A stretch of DNA of 64,000 bases, filler included, from Basidiobolus ranarum (taxonomy: Eukaryota), in assembly GCA_040143965.1 (NCBI GenBank). It is 13 parts of 13 records of this genome, joined end to end, with 100 filler letters (N's around TTAATTAATTAA, not from the genome) between each part and the next. Parts side by side here need not be neighbours in the genome. Positions count along the whole stretch, not along the records: positions 24,777 to 29,620 come from JASJQH010008685.1; positions 29,721 to 34,563 come from JASJQH010008686.1; positions 34,664 to 39,499 come from JASJQH010008687.1; positions 39,600 to 44,435 come from JASJQH010008688.1; 9 more parts are not named here. One strand, written 5' to 3'. Position 1 is the first letter of the stretch, and each line of letters starts with the position of its first letter. This document shows positions 26,984-40,829 of this stretch, piece after piece. The translations under genes and the position numbers were made by a program. A model generated the notes under the pieces. The model had not been told where the DNA came from. It ran no database searches and worked only from the letters and a program-made list of their open reading frames with translations.

Positions 26984-27566
26984 ATTCTCATTATGGCTGA
27001 AAAACAAAGCCTAAAATATCTAAATAAAGGCATGCATATTGTTTTAAATTCCTATAGCAGTAAGCCCAGTAATTTGCCATATGAAAATTGATTTTTTCCA
27101 AACATTCTGGAAATTTAATAATGCATGCCTACTATGAAGATAAATATTTTACCATATATGATTACAGAGGAGGGAAAAGTTCCATAAATTTGAGAAGTAG
27201 GCATTACACAGAGTGCAAGCTTGGAGCTCATAACCTGTTAAAGTATGTAGGAGCCTGTTGGAAGTGGTATGGAGAATTAGAGAAATTGGTAGTTTTTCAG
27301 AAAGTTGACATTTGTAGTTTTGTCAGGATGTAGACAAACTAACATGTAGAATGTGCTAAGGAAGATCCCAAGAGCATGTTTGCAAAGTTTGAGGCTTCTA
27401 GCACAAGTTTGAAAAACCTACATATTTGTGAACTTCTAAGTTGGTGTGAATATTCTAAATAAATTCTAATTGAGAATAATGGGTAATTTCTTTAGTGAAG
27501 TGTAAGATAACTAAGTACTAAGCTATATATGACTATATAGGTGCTTAGGTAATGCTAATTTCAACA
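26984..27566 (-). mobile_element. Copia family A 5' LTR (27236-27566), PBS and leader fragment
   Basis: The LTR is followed on the minus strand by GGTTATGAGCTCC (PBS). 26984-27130 is homologous to 208-350. Confidence 0.8.
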
Positions 27567-29048
27567 ACTATATGGGTGCTTAGGCAATGCTGATTGATAT
27601 GGTCATCAAGCACTTGTTAATGAAAACAAAAGTTGCAGCACCATGTAGCATTCAAAGATCATGTGTTATGCATAATTGAATAGCAAACATTAGTTTGTGC
27701 TAGATTGGAGTTCAAAGTTAATGAGTTAATTTCACACCTTGATGGAATGGCATTTATTCAGTGTTTATCAGGGCAAACTAGATTTGGATTAGTAAGTATA
27801 TAAGATCTTACTTTGCATAAATATCAAGACATTACAAATATACTCATTTGCTGTATATCAAGGTGCGATACCAACCCGATTTCATATAAAAAAAGATTCG
27901 GAAAAGTACTACAGGTTACTATAGCAAATAGGTACCAATCATGACCAACTGTCTAAAAATTCTTTTAGCCTGTTGAGGAATTTTACCAACGATTTCAAGA
28001 AAGTTATCATCCTCTTGACCGAGCAAATCATTGTAAGTTGGGTATTGGAAAATTCAAATCGAAGGACTTCAACAACTCAAACGGCTAAGTATATCAACTT
28101 GACACTTCCCTCAATATATTGGCTATCATTAATTTAGCGCAGGACGGGAAACTAATAAAATAGTAGCAACACACTTCTGTCAAAGATATGCTACTCTGTT
28201 GAGTTAAAATCCGGTCAAAAACTAGTATTTTTGTAGTTGCTAGATGTCAAGTAAGACTCAGTGAGCCTTAAGGCACTTGGTTTTTAGTGTCACGTGTGTT
28301 CAAGTTACATGTGCAAGATGAGATGAGTATATTTTGGGAGACTATTTGTTGAGTATTTACGATCCTCACATTATAAGGACGTGATCAATTCCGACTATTG
28401 AGTTTGAGTTTTCATTTACCACAATTGGAATTCGAACATGCCATCCTTAGCTTAGATGTCTTTAAAGCATTTTTAGGCAACTACTCTACTTATAGGTTCG
28501 TAGCGACACACCAATTTAAGCAGTAGGGAAATACCATACACAAAATGCATACCACTTCTCTCACTAACGTTCACCAGCGTAACTATAAAGGATGATAACT
28601 TACATGACGCGAAAATCAAGGGTCTTGGATATTTGAGCAGCAAACATCCGTTTGACCAAGCACAACTGTTAAATCAGACTCTATATCAGCTGTCTCAGTC
28701 TTCATAGTATTCTAAGTCTCGACAAACATTTAATGGGGCAAAGCAGGATGATTCGGTCCCAGGAGACTTATAACATATTTTAATGCTGCTCTCAAACAAT
28801 GCAGTCATGTATTCTATCTTGATCAGAACTAGCAATAGAGTGAAAGACTATTATAGCAGTTGTTGTAATTTTGGCCAATTTTTGGAATAAAAATTATATT
28901 GCAATCATGAGGTTCAAGTAAGTATCAAAACAATAACGAAATATCTAAAAAGGCTGGATAAAGCTCCAAGACTGATGTTTACAATCTGCCGTAATGGCTC
29001 GGTTAAAACTGGGTAAGCAGTATATAAAATACTGTTCATTGCTCACAA

Positions 29049-29609
29049 TTATTGTACACCAGTTGCTTTGGGATTACGTGATGAGGTCTTTGATGTCGAC
29101 CAAGAGCTACTCCATGAAGTTGTCCAGGCGCCACCGGCATTTCCAGATGGTAATGTAGTAGGTGAACCCGTTACTTCACTTGGTGGAGGGCATTGTGACG
29201 ATGATATTGCGATACTATCTGATCCGGTTGCTGATTTGTCTGCATTGCTGGAAATAGATGAACTACCACCAGTGCATGAACCTGCTATTGAGCTTGCCTC
29301 CGACGAAATGGAAGATTCGGATACGGCTATCGATGAACTCACTGTGTTGGTTGGTTGTATTGCTGACGCGACGGTGCTAGAAGAACCAATGCTGCTAATT
29401 GAGCTAGATACTGGTGTGATTGTCTGTAGCGAAGATGTATCTGATGATAGAGTTAGCATAACTATCTGACTAGTTTGGGTGGCAGCAATCGACTCAATTC
29501 CGGCAGTACTTGTAGCAATTGTACTAGCGTTGGAAGAAGGAGGAACAGCCATACCATTGCTGACAATGACCATTGAGATCAAGGTAATTAGGAATGTTGA
29601 AGAAACCAT
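29049..29609 (-). CDS. Secreted Ser/Thr-rich (mucin-like / cell-surface) protein, 186 aa
   Basis: Hydrophobic signal-peptide-like N-terminus (MVSSTFLITLISMVIVSNGMA), S/T-dominated body, single exon from ATG to TAA. Confidence 0.7.
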   Translation of the reverse strand: MVSSTFLITLISMVIVSNGMAVPPSSNASTIATSTAGIESIAATQTSQIVMLTLSSDTSSLQTITPVSSSISSIGSSSTVASAIQPTNTVSSSIAVSESSISSEASSIAGSCTGGSSSISSNADKSATGSDSIAISSSQCPPPSEVTGSPTTLPSGNAGGAWTTSWSSSWSTSKTSSRNPKATGVQ

Positions 29610-30702
29610 GTTTTTGTTGGNNNNNNNNNNNNNNNNNNNNNNNNNNNNNNNNNNNNNNNNNNNNTTAATTAATTAANNNNNNNNNNNNNNNNNNNNNNNN
29701 NNNNNNNNNNNNNNNNNNNNAAGGTGTAGTGTGCTATCCGAGCGGGCCGATGGTTGTGGAGGCGGCCCCCTTTTTCGGTTTGGCTCACCACCCCGAACAC
29801 ATAGGCAATTTAGCTAAGCAGTAAGCCAACTTAAAGGGAATAAGGCTCTTTCCATTAACACTATCTCCGGATCAGTGCTTTTTTTGCTAACGTAAATATT
29901 GTATTTCATCTACGCCTGTACTATTAGCCATTACCGAAGCTGCACTGGCGATGCTTTGCACTTTTGAATGCAGTATTTGTTATCAGTCTTCGCTATCTCA
30001 TAAGGACAATTCCCTACGTGAAGTATACTTGAGTTAATAGTAGTACCTGGCTAAAGCTATTAAATTCCAAAATGAAATTCATTATTTTCAAAAATTATCT
30101 ATAATTCAAATGAATTTACTGCCAATCTTCATGTTGCTGGATATATTACTACTACATTCAAATAACTGGCCAACATCTGCATTTCACAATGGTTATTGTA
30201 ATTTTAGGCACTGATATGTACTCAATACTCAACTCCCAGAGGATTATTCTAGATCGGCTATTTAGCATTCGTAATCTCCATATTGGTAAAGGGGAGTGAT
30301 TCACAGAACCTCTTCAAATCTGAGTAAGCGGAGATTGCCGGGTCAGGGAGTAGATAAGATAAGGTGTGTTGAGTTAATCCATTGTGCAACTAAAGAGGAA
30401 AACTTACTATGTTCAATATATTCAATAAATCCCTGTATTAGTTGAGGTAGCTAGAACTTGATTTAATTGCTATTGGTAATGTTACAAAAAAGATATTACT
30501 TGTCCTAGGAGAGATTAAAATATCTTTGAAACCAATAGTGATAGACCTTGTGCTGATTTCTTGGTTTATTAGAGAACATTGATCTATAACGCACTGGAGA
30601 AATAGTAACCCACCTTTTCCTCTTTCCAACTATTTTTTCCTTGTCACCATTCTTCTGAACTCTCGAATTTCTACAGCATAAACACAGGCACAGTGTCAAA
30701 CA

Positions 30703-31960
30703 TATTGAAATTATTATAGCCTAAACATCTACATAGTGAACTACGGAATGACTAAATACTAAGCTATATATAATTAAGATATCACTCACTATTCTGAATC
30801 AGAGGTTATTGATAATATTTTGACCAACTTCGAAGTTCTCAGATATATATATATATTCAAACTTTTCCTAGAAGTCCCAAGCTCTGCATACATATTTCTG
30901 GGGCCTTCCTTAACATATTCAATATGTTTGTTTGTCTACCTTTTGCCAAAACTATAAATGCCAACTTTTGACTCAATAAATCAACAAGTGAAAAGCACCA
31001 ATTCTTCTAGTTCTCCAAACCACTTCCAAAAAACTCCCAAAATACTTCAACAATGCAATTGTATTATTTATATTAAGCCCTCATTTAGTAAATGTAATTG
31101 TATTTTTGCTATCCTGAATTAAGGAGGTAGCAAAGATGTCAAGTTAAATAATAGCAAGATAACATCAGTTACTATTGACATATTTCTGTCAAAGTATTTG
31201 GGAGCCTGTTGGAAGTGGTTTTTCAAGTGAAAGAAAATGGTGGTTTTCACTTATTGATTTATTGAGTAGAAAGTTGACATTTATACTTTTGTCAAGATAT
31301 AAGCAAACTAATGCAAAGAATATGCTAAGGAAGGCCCCAGGAACATGTGTGCAAAGTTTGGGACTTCTAGCACAAGTTCAAAAAATCTATATATCTGAGA
31401 AGCAATACCTTGCCTCTAAGACACCTTTGTTGATTCCCATTATTCCAGGTTTTTGTCCTGTTGTCAATCTAGTTTGCACTGAGTACCTTCCTTTCTGCTT
31501 ACCACCTCTGCCCCTTAACACAATATTTACATCCTCTGAACTTGAATACATTGGTCATCAAGTTAAGTATGGATATGATCCAGTATTGTCACAATATCTT
31601 AAAAGATTAATGTCATGATTGTCACTTTGTTTAGATTAGTATTTAAGCTTAATAAAGTCCACACCATATGGTGCTTTTCATCCCCCTAAGTGATTTGGAG
31701 AATTAGTGAAATTGGTTGTTTTCACTTCAAGATTTATTGTGTTGAAAGAAGATATTTATAGTTTTGTCTAGATGTAAACAAACTAACATTTAGAGTGTGT
31801 TTTGGAAGGTCCCAGGAACATTTGTGTCAAGTCTGGGGCTTCTAGCCCAAGTTTGAAAAATCTATATATCTGAGAACTTCTGAGTTGGTAAAAATATTTA
31901 AGTAAATTCCGATTGAGAATAATGGGTAATATCTTGGTGAAATATAAGACAAGTACTTTA
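30703..31960. mobile_element. Cluster of copia family A LTR copies (+ 30703-31052; - ~31186-31400; - ~31690-31960)
   Basis: Shared blocks (GAAAAATCTATATATCTGAGAA, CCCAGGAACAT...AGTTTGGG..TTCTAGC) match the other family A LTRs. Confidence 0.75.
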
Positions 31961-34663
31961 CTAACTATGAAGTATGTATTATTGTATTTTGATGTTGTGT
32001 CATTGAGCTCAAAAGTATACTACCAGGCATGCTAAACCACTTCAATGTTTGATTCAATATGTGTACAGCTTGGGCTTCAATTCAAAACTTGTTTAAGTAA
32101 ATAGATGTTGATCACTAGCTCCTTAATGAAGAAGGATTACCGGAGACATTTAGTTACAAAATAAATCTAGACTCGAGGGAAAATTTTCATTTCAGGATGA
32201 TATAAACTTTTTGCCTTTGAGCTATGTAATTCTTGTTACTTGCTTGAGTCATCACTGTAGAATCCCAACAGATTCAAGAATCTAGAACCTTTCTGATTGA
32301 TCAAACCTGTACAAATCCGAATCTTTTCATAATTAACAACCCCGCCACACTCTTTTGGGTGGGTTCTCATCTTACGTACACAAATATTATCTGCTATAGG
32401 GTTACCTATTGTGGTATAGGATACTCTTCCGCAACCCAAGCTTAGGGTTAGACCTCCAAAGGGCCATCAATAAATCACCACAAATTGACGTTTCAATGAA
32501 GAGCTCGTTATCTCAAAGTAAGATAACCTGAAGTGCAACCAGACAAATCTGATACGCGGATGTACATCTAATATATAATATTCTTAAAGAAAACCCAATT
32601 CTTTGTTGAATTCACGTGATTTTATAGACAGCATAGTCAATTACCCAATGGAAATATTATGAAGTTATCATGAGTAGTGTTGAGGTCATTTGGAAAGTGA
32701 TATCAGTAGAATCCAATAGCGTTGGGGGCTTGTTTACTATTCTTTGTGAATCCTTAATGGGACCAGTATTTTTATCCGTGTTGGTAATTTATATGGGTTT
32801 ATCTAAGGAGGTATCTAATATCACTCCTCGTGAAGCTTAACGCCAGGCAATGAAGATTTGGTGATTGCGTTACCAAAGTATCCCGAGTAAGTACCACTTA
32901 AGGGACAATACGTGGACGAGATAAAATATGGCGTAACCCATGTGAGCTCATTCTACTAATACGTAGTTGATTTATGGAATGTATTCGCAGTGTTGTAAGC
33001 ATCCCAAGTTACATACAACTCCCTTGAAATCGAATCTACCAAGGGTCCGGAAGAATCTTTGCCAAAGGGTGATTTGGCTGATGTCGAGGGAGAGGGGCTC
33101 GCTAGTTCATTGATCAAGAAAAGTGCACAGATATAGAAGGGCTAATTATGAGGAATACACTCGCTCAATAATGTGTGGACTATATTGGATCTAAGTTGAA
33201 TTGGTTGGCATATGTATCTACGACCAAAGGAACTTCATTGAAATTCAGTTTCTTTTCCAACACTTTGGCCCTCTACATACCCTCTTGATGATCCAAAGGA
33301 TTCGTCAAAACCCATATGGCAAGTGGGTACGTTACCAGGAATCAGTATAGAAATATACAAATCAGTAGGTGGAGCGCTCAACCAGTATCAAGAGGAATCA
33401 GGAAAGCTCAACCGGATTTCCGAACCTTTGACGTGATTGAAATTGGAGCCATTATATTGGGTTTAATTCTAATCCAGAAAGGATATAGCAAAAGAACAGA
33501 AATTTGAGGAGGAAGAGAAAATATCAATCCTCTATACCAACCATTAATTCTTGTTATGGTAGACGCTGGATGATTGGATGGGATGTACGTACAGAAGAGT
33601 GTCTTAAATTCATTTTGGCCTAACTCTTGTCTAACCTGTATATCCTATACCATCAAGAATCAATCACTAAAACAGACAAATAAAACCCAACTTTCACACC
33701 ATGCATATCTCACTCGATGGAGCATGATTGCCGCTTTGTAACCAATACATTCGCTAATTTCACCTCCGTAATTGTGCAAACCCCTCCAAGTAAAAAGAAT
33801 ATCGGGGAAATGATATTGTATGGCTGTACTGGATATTCCAATGTTTACGTGTGACTTGAGAAGACGGCGACACAGCATATTGGTGAGTTGAATGAAGCAT
33901 ATCAAAGTCACAACCCACAGAGGCGTATTGTTTTGAAAATCGGAACCTACAAGCTCTCCAAACAACCAGTAAAATTCACGTTGAAGGACAGGCTCACGAA
34001 AAGAGCCATTCCGCTGCACTCGATCCAATGAGAGTGAGTAAACCCTGGACTCGACCTTGACCTTCATTGCAGATACTGTTCTAATATCCAATATAAAACC
34101 AACTGTTTTCAGAAATTCCTACATCAGAACTTACTCGCCACACATCTCCTAATTTTAGCAGGTTTCGGTTGGACATGGTAGCTCAATCCAACAATCAAAC
34201 TAATTTGGTTGTTCATATAAATATATATGCTCATATTTATGTCAATATTATGTGGTGCCTTCTTAAAGCAGGATTGGTGAAAAAAACCATACTCATTTGA
34301 TCATTGATCGAAGTGGCGCTTGTAATCATTGCCAATTAACCGGGTGTTCGTTCAACAAATCTATTTTCGGTAGTAGCGTGACGTAACTTTGGGTGATCTG
34401 GATCTGTAGAAATTCGATTTTAATATTATATAATCATAAATGGTCAGTTGTATAGACGGTACCGAGCTGAAATAGGTGGGGTTTCGTAGGGATGTTCGAA
34501 GGTCATGGGATTGGAGCTCTAGTTAAATTAGATTGCTTCACCAGCAAATTGATGCGGGTGATGNNNNNNNNNNNNNNNNNNNNNNNNNNNNNNNNNNNNN
34601 NNNNNNNTTAATTAATTAANNNNNNNNNNNNNNNNNNNNNNNNNNNNNNNNNNNNNNNNNNNN

Positions 34664-37600
34664 GACTATTGGACATGCTTAGATCATAACAAACATGCCT
34701 GTTAAGCATGGGTGAAAATTTGAGGTGATTTGGAGAAGTTTTGAGAAAATAGTGAAAATTGGTAAAAGTGATCTGATTGATATTTCTATCAATTAGATGA
34801 TAAACACATGTTTTTGAATGACAGAATTATGTGCTAAATAATCAGAATATGAATAAACTTACTATTAAATAATGAGTTGCCATTTACCTAATTTCAACAT
34901 TCCCACTCCACTATTTATCTTGTATTTCTCTTAAGCCTAACTTATATCTTTATAATTCATATTTTGCTCTAGCTAAAGGTTTTGTTAACATATCAGCTAT
35001 CATTTCTTCAGTAGGGCAATAGACAAGTTGAATTATATCATTCTCTATTGCTGCTCTAACAAAATGATGCCTAATATCTATGTATTTTGTTCTAGCATGA
35101 AATGTAGGGTTTACAGCTAATGAAATACGACTTTGGCTATCTTCAAACACAGTAATAGCACATTTTTGCTTGTATCCTATGTCTGTAAATAGCTTCTTTA
35201 ACCACATAGCTTCTTGGGTAGTAGCAGGGGCAGCCATATACTCTGCTTCTGTAGTGGAAAGGGCTATGGCTGGTTGCTTCTTACTATTCCAAGTTATGGC
35301 TCCATTACCATAGAGAAAAGTGCACCCAGTTGTTGATCTTCTATCATCAAGGTTTCTTCCCCAGTCTGCATCATTGTGACCTTCAAAATTTTGTGAGTCA
35401 GGAGTGCAGAGTACTCCAGAACTAGATATACAGCTCCTCTCAAATACCTGAGTATTTGTTATACTGCAGTTTTGTGCTTGGATCCTGGATTTTTGAGATA
35501 TTGGCTGACAATTCCAACTGCCACAGCAATGTCTGGACATTTTCCAATTATTGTATACATTAAACAACCCTCCATGGATTGATAAGGGAACTCCTGGCTT
35601 TGATGTGAGTCATTTTGTGCCAAATTGGATGAAATTTTGATTAATATCACATTGGGATCCATTGGTGTTGATACAGGCTTGCTATTCTCCATGTTGAAGC
35701 ATTTTAGGATGTTTAGAATGTATCTAGACTGATTCAGCATGATTTTCTGATTTAGTTTATCTTTATATATATAGATTCCAAGAAGATAACTTAATTCACC
35801 CATATCTGTTGTCTGAATTTGGTGGGATTAGCAGCTTTTTGTCTGATCAAGTGCTTCTGGATTGATTGGGGCTATGATCAAGTCATTCATATATAGTGCC
35901 AAGATAACAATCCAATTTCCAGTTGTTTTGATGTAAATGCTGTGATCTGCTGTTCATTTTTGGAATTCTAGTGATTCCAAATTGGTTTCTATCTTGTTGT
36001 ACCATGCCCTGGGTCCTTGTGTGGGCCATATAGCATTTTTTGCAGCTTACAGACCTTGTCAGGATGTTTTGGATCAACAAATCCATCTGGTAGCTCCCTA
36101 TTGATCCCTTCTTCTTGATTTTGAATTCAAAAGGCTTTTTTACATCCAGTTGATATAAATCATGGTTATGGTGGCCTGAGAGTGCCAAGATTGATCTGAT
36201 GGAGCTAAACTTAGCTGCTGGAGCAAACATTGCATTAAAATCATCTCCTGGTTTCTGGATATAACCTTTTGCAACTAATCTTGCTTTGTACTTTTCTATG
36301 GTTGCATCAGCTTGTTTTTTCACTTTGTAGACCCATTTGCAACTTATTGGCTTTCTCCCTGATGAGAGAGGACTTATCACCCACATTTTATTGTCCTGAA
36401 TTTGTGTTTTCTGGATAAGGTACTGTGATTTGAGGTGAAAAATTTGTTTTTCCATCAGAAATTACATCTCCACACTTAATTAACTTCTGATTTTTGGTAT
36501 CAAACAGTCTGTAGGCCTAAGATACATCACAGTAACCAAGAAATTGGAACACTCTGATCTTGAGTTCCAGTTTAGAGCATTTTGAGCTGGAATTAGGCAA
36601 TATGCTGTGCAACCAAAGATCCTGAGTTGATCTGCACTAGGTTTTAATCCATATAGGGCTTCAAATGGAGTAGAATTTTGTAGCAATTTTGTTGGGTATC
36701 TGTTTTTGATATAGACTGCAGTGGAGACCGATTCAGCCCAATATTTGTTATCCAACTTTTGATCATCTAATATTGATCTTGCCATCTTCACTATGGTTCA
36801 ATTAGCATGTTCTGCAACTTCATTTTGCTGTGGAGTATAAGGTACAGTAGTTTGTTACTTAATTCCATGTTTAGAACAACAACTAGTAAAGCTACTAGAG
36901 CAGTATTCTTCATGATTATTACTCCGTAGTACCCTAATTTTTTTTGCTGAATCCTTCTCTACCATTGCTTAGTAGTGCCTGAATGTAGCCAAGGCCTCAG
37001 ATTTTGATTTGCAAAAGAATACCCAAATATAACTTGTTTTGTCATCAATAAAGGGCATAAAGTACCTTTTCCCACCTGGTGAGATGTTTTTCATGGGCCC
37101 ATATATTGGGCAGAATGAATCAGGGAAAATTTCTGTGTGGATATGATCACTCCAGAGCTTTAAAATGGCAGTATGTGATGTTTTTCACATATGTAACCTT
37201 AACACAGATGCAATCAAATAATATTTTCAATTGCTAAGATATGAAACAAGCCGATTTTAGATCATTTGAGCCAGTTTTGGCTCCCCACGGTGGCCTAATC
37301 CTCTTTGCCACATTTGACAGCTTATTTCACTGCTTTTGGCCAAGTTTGCATGTTCAGAATGCATTTTGTTGCCCTCTTGCTTATATAAGTATTAAGTTTT
37401 GATCCCAGTGGCCAATTAGGTATTATTCTGATCTGTGATGGTACATCTAGCCTTGCTCAGCACAAAATGTAGTCCCTGAGCTGTTGCTTGGCACGCTGAG
37501 AGTAGATTTGTGGCTATATTTGATATAGAGTATATCTTCTAATTCTGCAGATGGTGTAGCTGAATTTTGGTCTAAATTGAGCATAACTGTGCCCTTACCA

Positions 37601-38928
37601 ACAGCATCTAGTCCATAGCCAACATTTATATAGACTTTCTCTGTTTGATGGGTTTTAAGCTGAAAAACCAATCTTTCTTGTTTGACATAGGATGGGAAGC
37701 TCCTGAATGAATGTACCACATTTCTGGGTCTTCTTTAGTGGCTACTGATAGAGCAGACACAAAAAAATGGTCTCTATCAGTGCTTACTTGGTTTGCTTGG
37801 TCCAATTTAGCTATTGCAATAATCCTTTTTCTAAAATTTTTAATTAACTCTGTGGTTGCTTACAAACTTGCAGATGATTAGTTTCCTATTAAGGGCACCA
37901 TTATTGAAGCTTGTTGGACATTTTACCAATCCAAAAAATGCCTGTTCTGCACTATTTTGCTGAGAATTAGATCTCCTTAATTTCTGCTTCAAAAGCCTAG
38001 CACCAACATAGTCCATTGTTTATGGATCTGATCTTAATTCAAGCACAATTATGAGGTTCACAAACCTGTCTGACAGGCTCCCAGGGTAGTGTCATTAGTA
38101 AGGCTTCTTCCTTTTGAGATACTCTAATGGCTGAGAAGTGATCTGCCATAGTTTGTAACTGATTTGTATTATTCAGCAAAGAATCATCCAAATTTATCTG
38201 AATTGAGAATAACTATCACCCATGATATAGCCTATTAGGCAGACTTTTAGTCTCATATAGTCTCTCAAGTGTTTCCTAAGCATTTTGAATGATTTTGACT
38301 GATTGTATGTGCTTCAATTGAGAGCTCTGAGATGTAGACAAAGTGTAGAGAGTGCTTACCACTGCTTCTTGTGAAAGGCAAGGATAGCTTCTGGTGGTGC
38401 CTTTGGCTCTATTTCTTCTCCTGTCACAAATCCCCAGGGGTCCTTGTCATCCAGCATCTTTAGCATCTTGAACTTCCAAAGGCAAAAGTCTTCACCAGCA
38501 AGCTTCTTTGTGGATGTAAGAACATTGGGAATAGTACTGGTAGACATTACTTCAACAGCTAGCTTGGGGCTCATAACCTGATAAAAGTGTTTAGGGACCT
38601 GGAAGCATTTTGGACAAGATTTGAATTTGTCAATTAGACATTTAAGTTTTATTGAATTGAATATTTCCTATTTATAGTTTACTACAAAATAGAACTATTA
38701 GACATGCTTAGATCATAACAAGCATGTCTGTTAAGCATGAGTGAAAATTTCAGGTGATATGGAGAAGTTTTGAGAAATAGTGAAAATTTGTACAAGTGAT
38801 CTAATTGATGTTTCTATCAATTAGGGCAATAAACACACATTTTTGAATGGCAGAATTGACTGCCAAATGATCAGAATATGAATATACTAACTATTGAATT
38901 TTGAGTTACTATATATCTAATTTCAACA
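34664..38928 (-). mobile_element. Near full-length degenerate Ty1/copia element, family B (5' LTR 38579-38928, PBS 38566-38578, gag-PR-INT-RT-RH, PPT 34900-34910, 3' LTR 34664-34899 truncated)
   Basis: Gag KLAGEDFCLWKFKM. Integrase TVPYTPQQNEVAE and YWAESVSTAVYIKNR. RT CKWVYKVK...KYKARLVAKG. RNaseH DADWGRNLDDRRSTTG...ALSTTEAEYM...ADMLTKPL. Two homologous LTRs start TGTTGAAATTAG. Confidence 0.95.
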
Positions 38929-39364
38929 TTATCAGTGTCTTCAGTTATCAGTAATCAAGATCTCAATCAGCATTAGTGTACAGCTTTACAATATTCCAAT
39001 GGCTCTTTGTAGTAGGTCACAGGATAGTTGTATGATCATATTCTATGGAGGACTTCATGATTATATCCTTTCCCTTCTAGTAGGCCACATCATCATCACA
39101 ACAGTGCCATCCCTACATGGCTCAGATGATTGAAATGCCCACCCAGGATGTCCAATCTCACAAGTCTGCCATCCCTTCATGCTGTAGCCTCATTCTAGTA
39201 TAGCACTTAGATTAGTCATCAATGGATGAGCCATTACGCATCTAATCCAGCAGTTTAAGTATAGGGAAAGCATTTTACTTAATAAACTCTGCTCCAGTTT
39301 TGATGAACACAACACTAGCTTACTTGACCTCCCATGATTTGGAGCTACTGAAAAATTATAACAC

Positions 39365-39499
39365 TGGTGCCCCCACACACTCTGACCAAGGACCTCAGTT
39401 TGCTTCCAAATTCTGGAAAAGTCTCCTCCAAACCTTGGGTATCTCTGCCAATCTCTCCACTGCCTTCCATCCCCAATCTGATGGCCAAACAGAAAGAGT
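39365..39499 (+). mobile_element. Ty3/gypsy integrase core fragment
   Basis: [39 protein letters not shown] (DDE integrase motif). Confidence 0.88.
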
Positions 39500-40829
39500 N
39501 NNNNNNNNNNNNNNNNNNNNNNNNNNNNNNNNNNNNNNNNNNNTTAATTAATTAANNNNNNNNNNNNNNNNNNNNNNNNNNNNNNNNNNNNNNNNNNNNA
39601 TCACCCGAATCTAGAACTTGACTTATGCTACTGTCATTACATTCCCTAGTGTTGTGACCACGTGGTAAGAAGATGGCTTTCTGTCACAGGAGCCAGCCCA
39701 GCAAATACCCGAATTAGTGGTATAATCAACGTGGTTTAAATCTGATTTAGCATCATCGCTCTATCCATCGGGATGACATCGGGATTTCGTAAACCTCCTT
39801 CTCGCTATAGGCGATTTATGGTTCGATCGAAATATAGCTTAGCGATATAACCGGTTCTTCCAATCCACTATCTTAGATACAAGTGATGAGAAGCAAGGGG
39901 ATCACGATCTTGATACTACATTGAGTTTGGATGATCTTTCTTAATTCGAACGTGGTAGAAACCTCATATATCTCTATATCCAAATAAGACCCTTTTGTCT
40001 AACTAGATTCTTTGGAAATGTCCTATTGGAACTTCTTAGGAGCTTTTCGTGACTTGCACCACCATACAAACCGCATATTCTTTCATTCTATCTTACAATA
40101 ACTGTGCTATTGAAAGTCCCAGTTCAACCAGTTTATCCATCCATTCTCGGGAATTCCGTGGATATTAATACAATTGAGTAACAGTAACTGAGGCTGGGTG
40201 CTAATTGCCCATAATTGATTCAACTCATCTACTACTCTATTGAAGACAACACGTCGCTGACTAATTCCCATGCCTAAGCTACATCATAGTGATACAATTG
40301 GTCTGGGCATAGAGTTGAAAACGCGTGATATGGGTGCAAGAATGAACGAACCGGATTTAAGCCGGTAATTGAGTATGTAGTATAGTGGATAGAAAGGGTG
40401 TTTGGTATACATTATTTTATAAAAGATAGAAACAAGTTTGCAAGGCTTTACATCAAAGACCGTATTATTATACATATGTAATGAAGACAACATTCGGGAT
40501 AAAAAGATTAAATAAGAAAATAATGAGAAATAAAAAACTGTGATTCTATAAAAAAAAAACCAGGTGCTTTATAATTTTCGAGGTGATGGGACTACGTTAA
40601 AAAGGCATAACTACGTATTAAAGTAATAATTAAGAGGCAAGCACTACTGAAATAAAATAAAGGATTAACAAAACGCGAAAATCACAAAACCAGGACTGTT
40701 TAGGAAGTGGAAAGAACGAAGCTCCTGGACAGATATTTCTTCCAAAGTGAAAGATTTCAACTTGGTGCAACTCTAGATTACTATAGGATGTTGTTGGAAG
40801 ATAAAGAAATCGAGTTTCAAGTGATATCT

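Noticed and set aside
29068-29469. Acidic 133-aa ORF on the + strand
   Set aside because: Antisense shadow of the Ser/Thr-rich gene. It starts at TTG and its composition is explained by the opposite strand.
32700-34091. CpG-retaining region with several 60-140 aa frames, including 33660-34091 (-)
   Set aside because: Possibly a decayed gene, but I could not support any motif or splice model.
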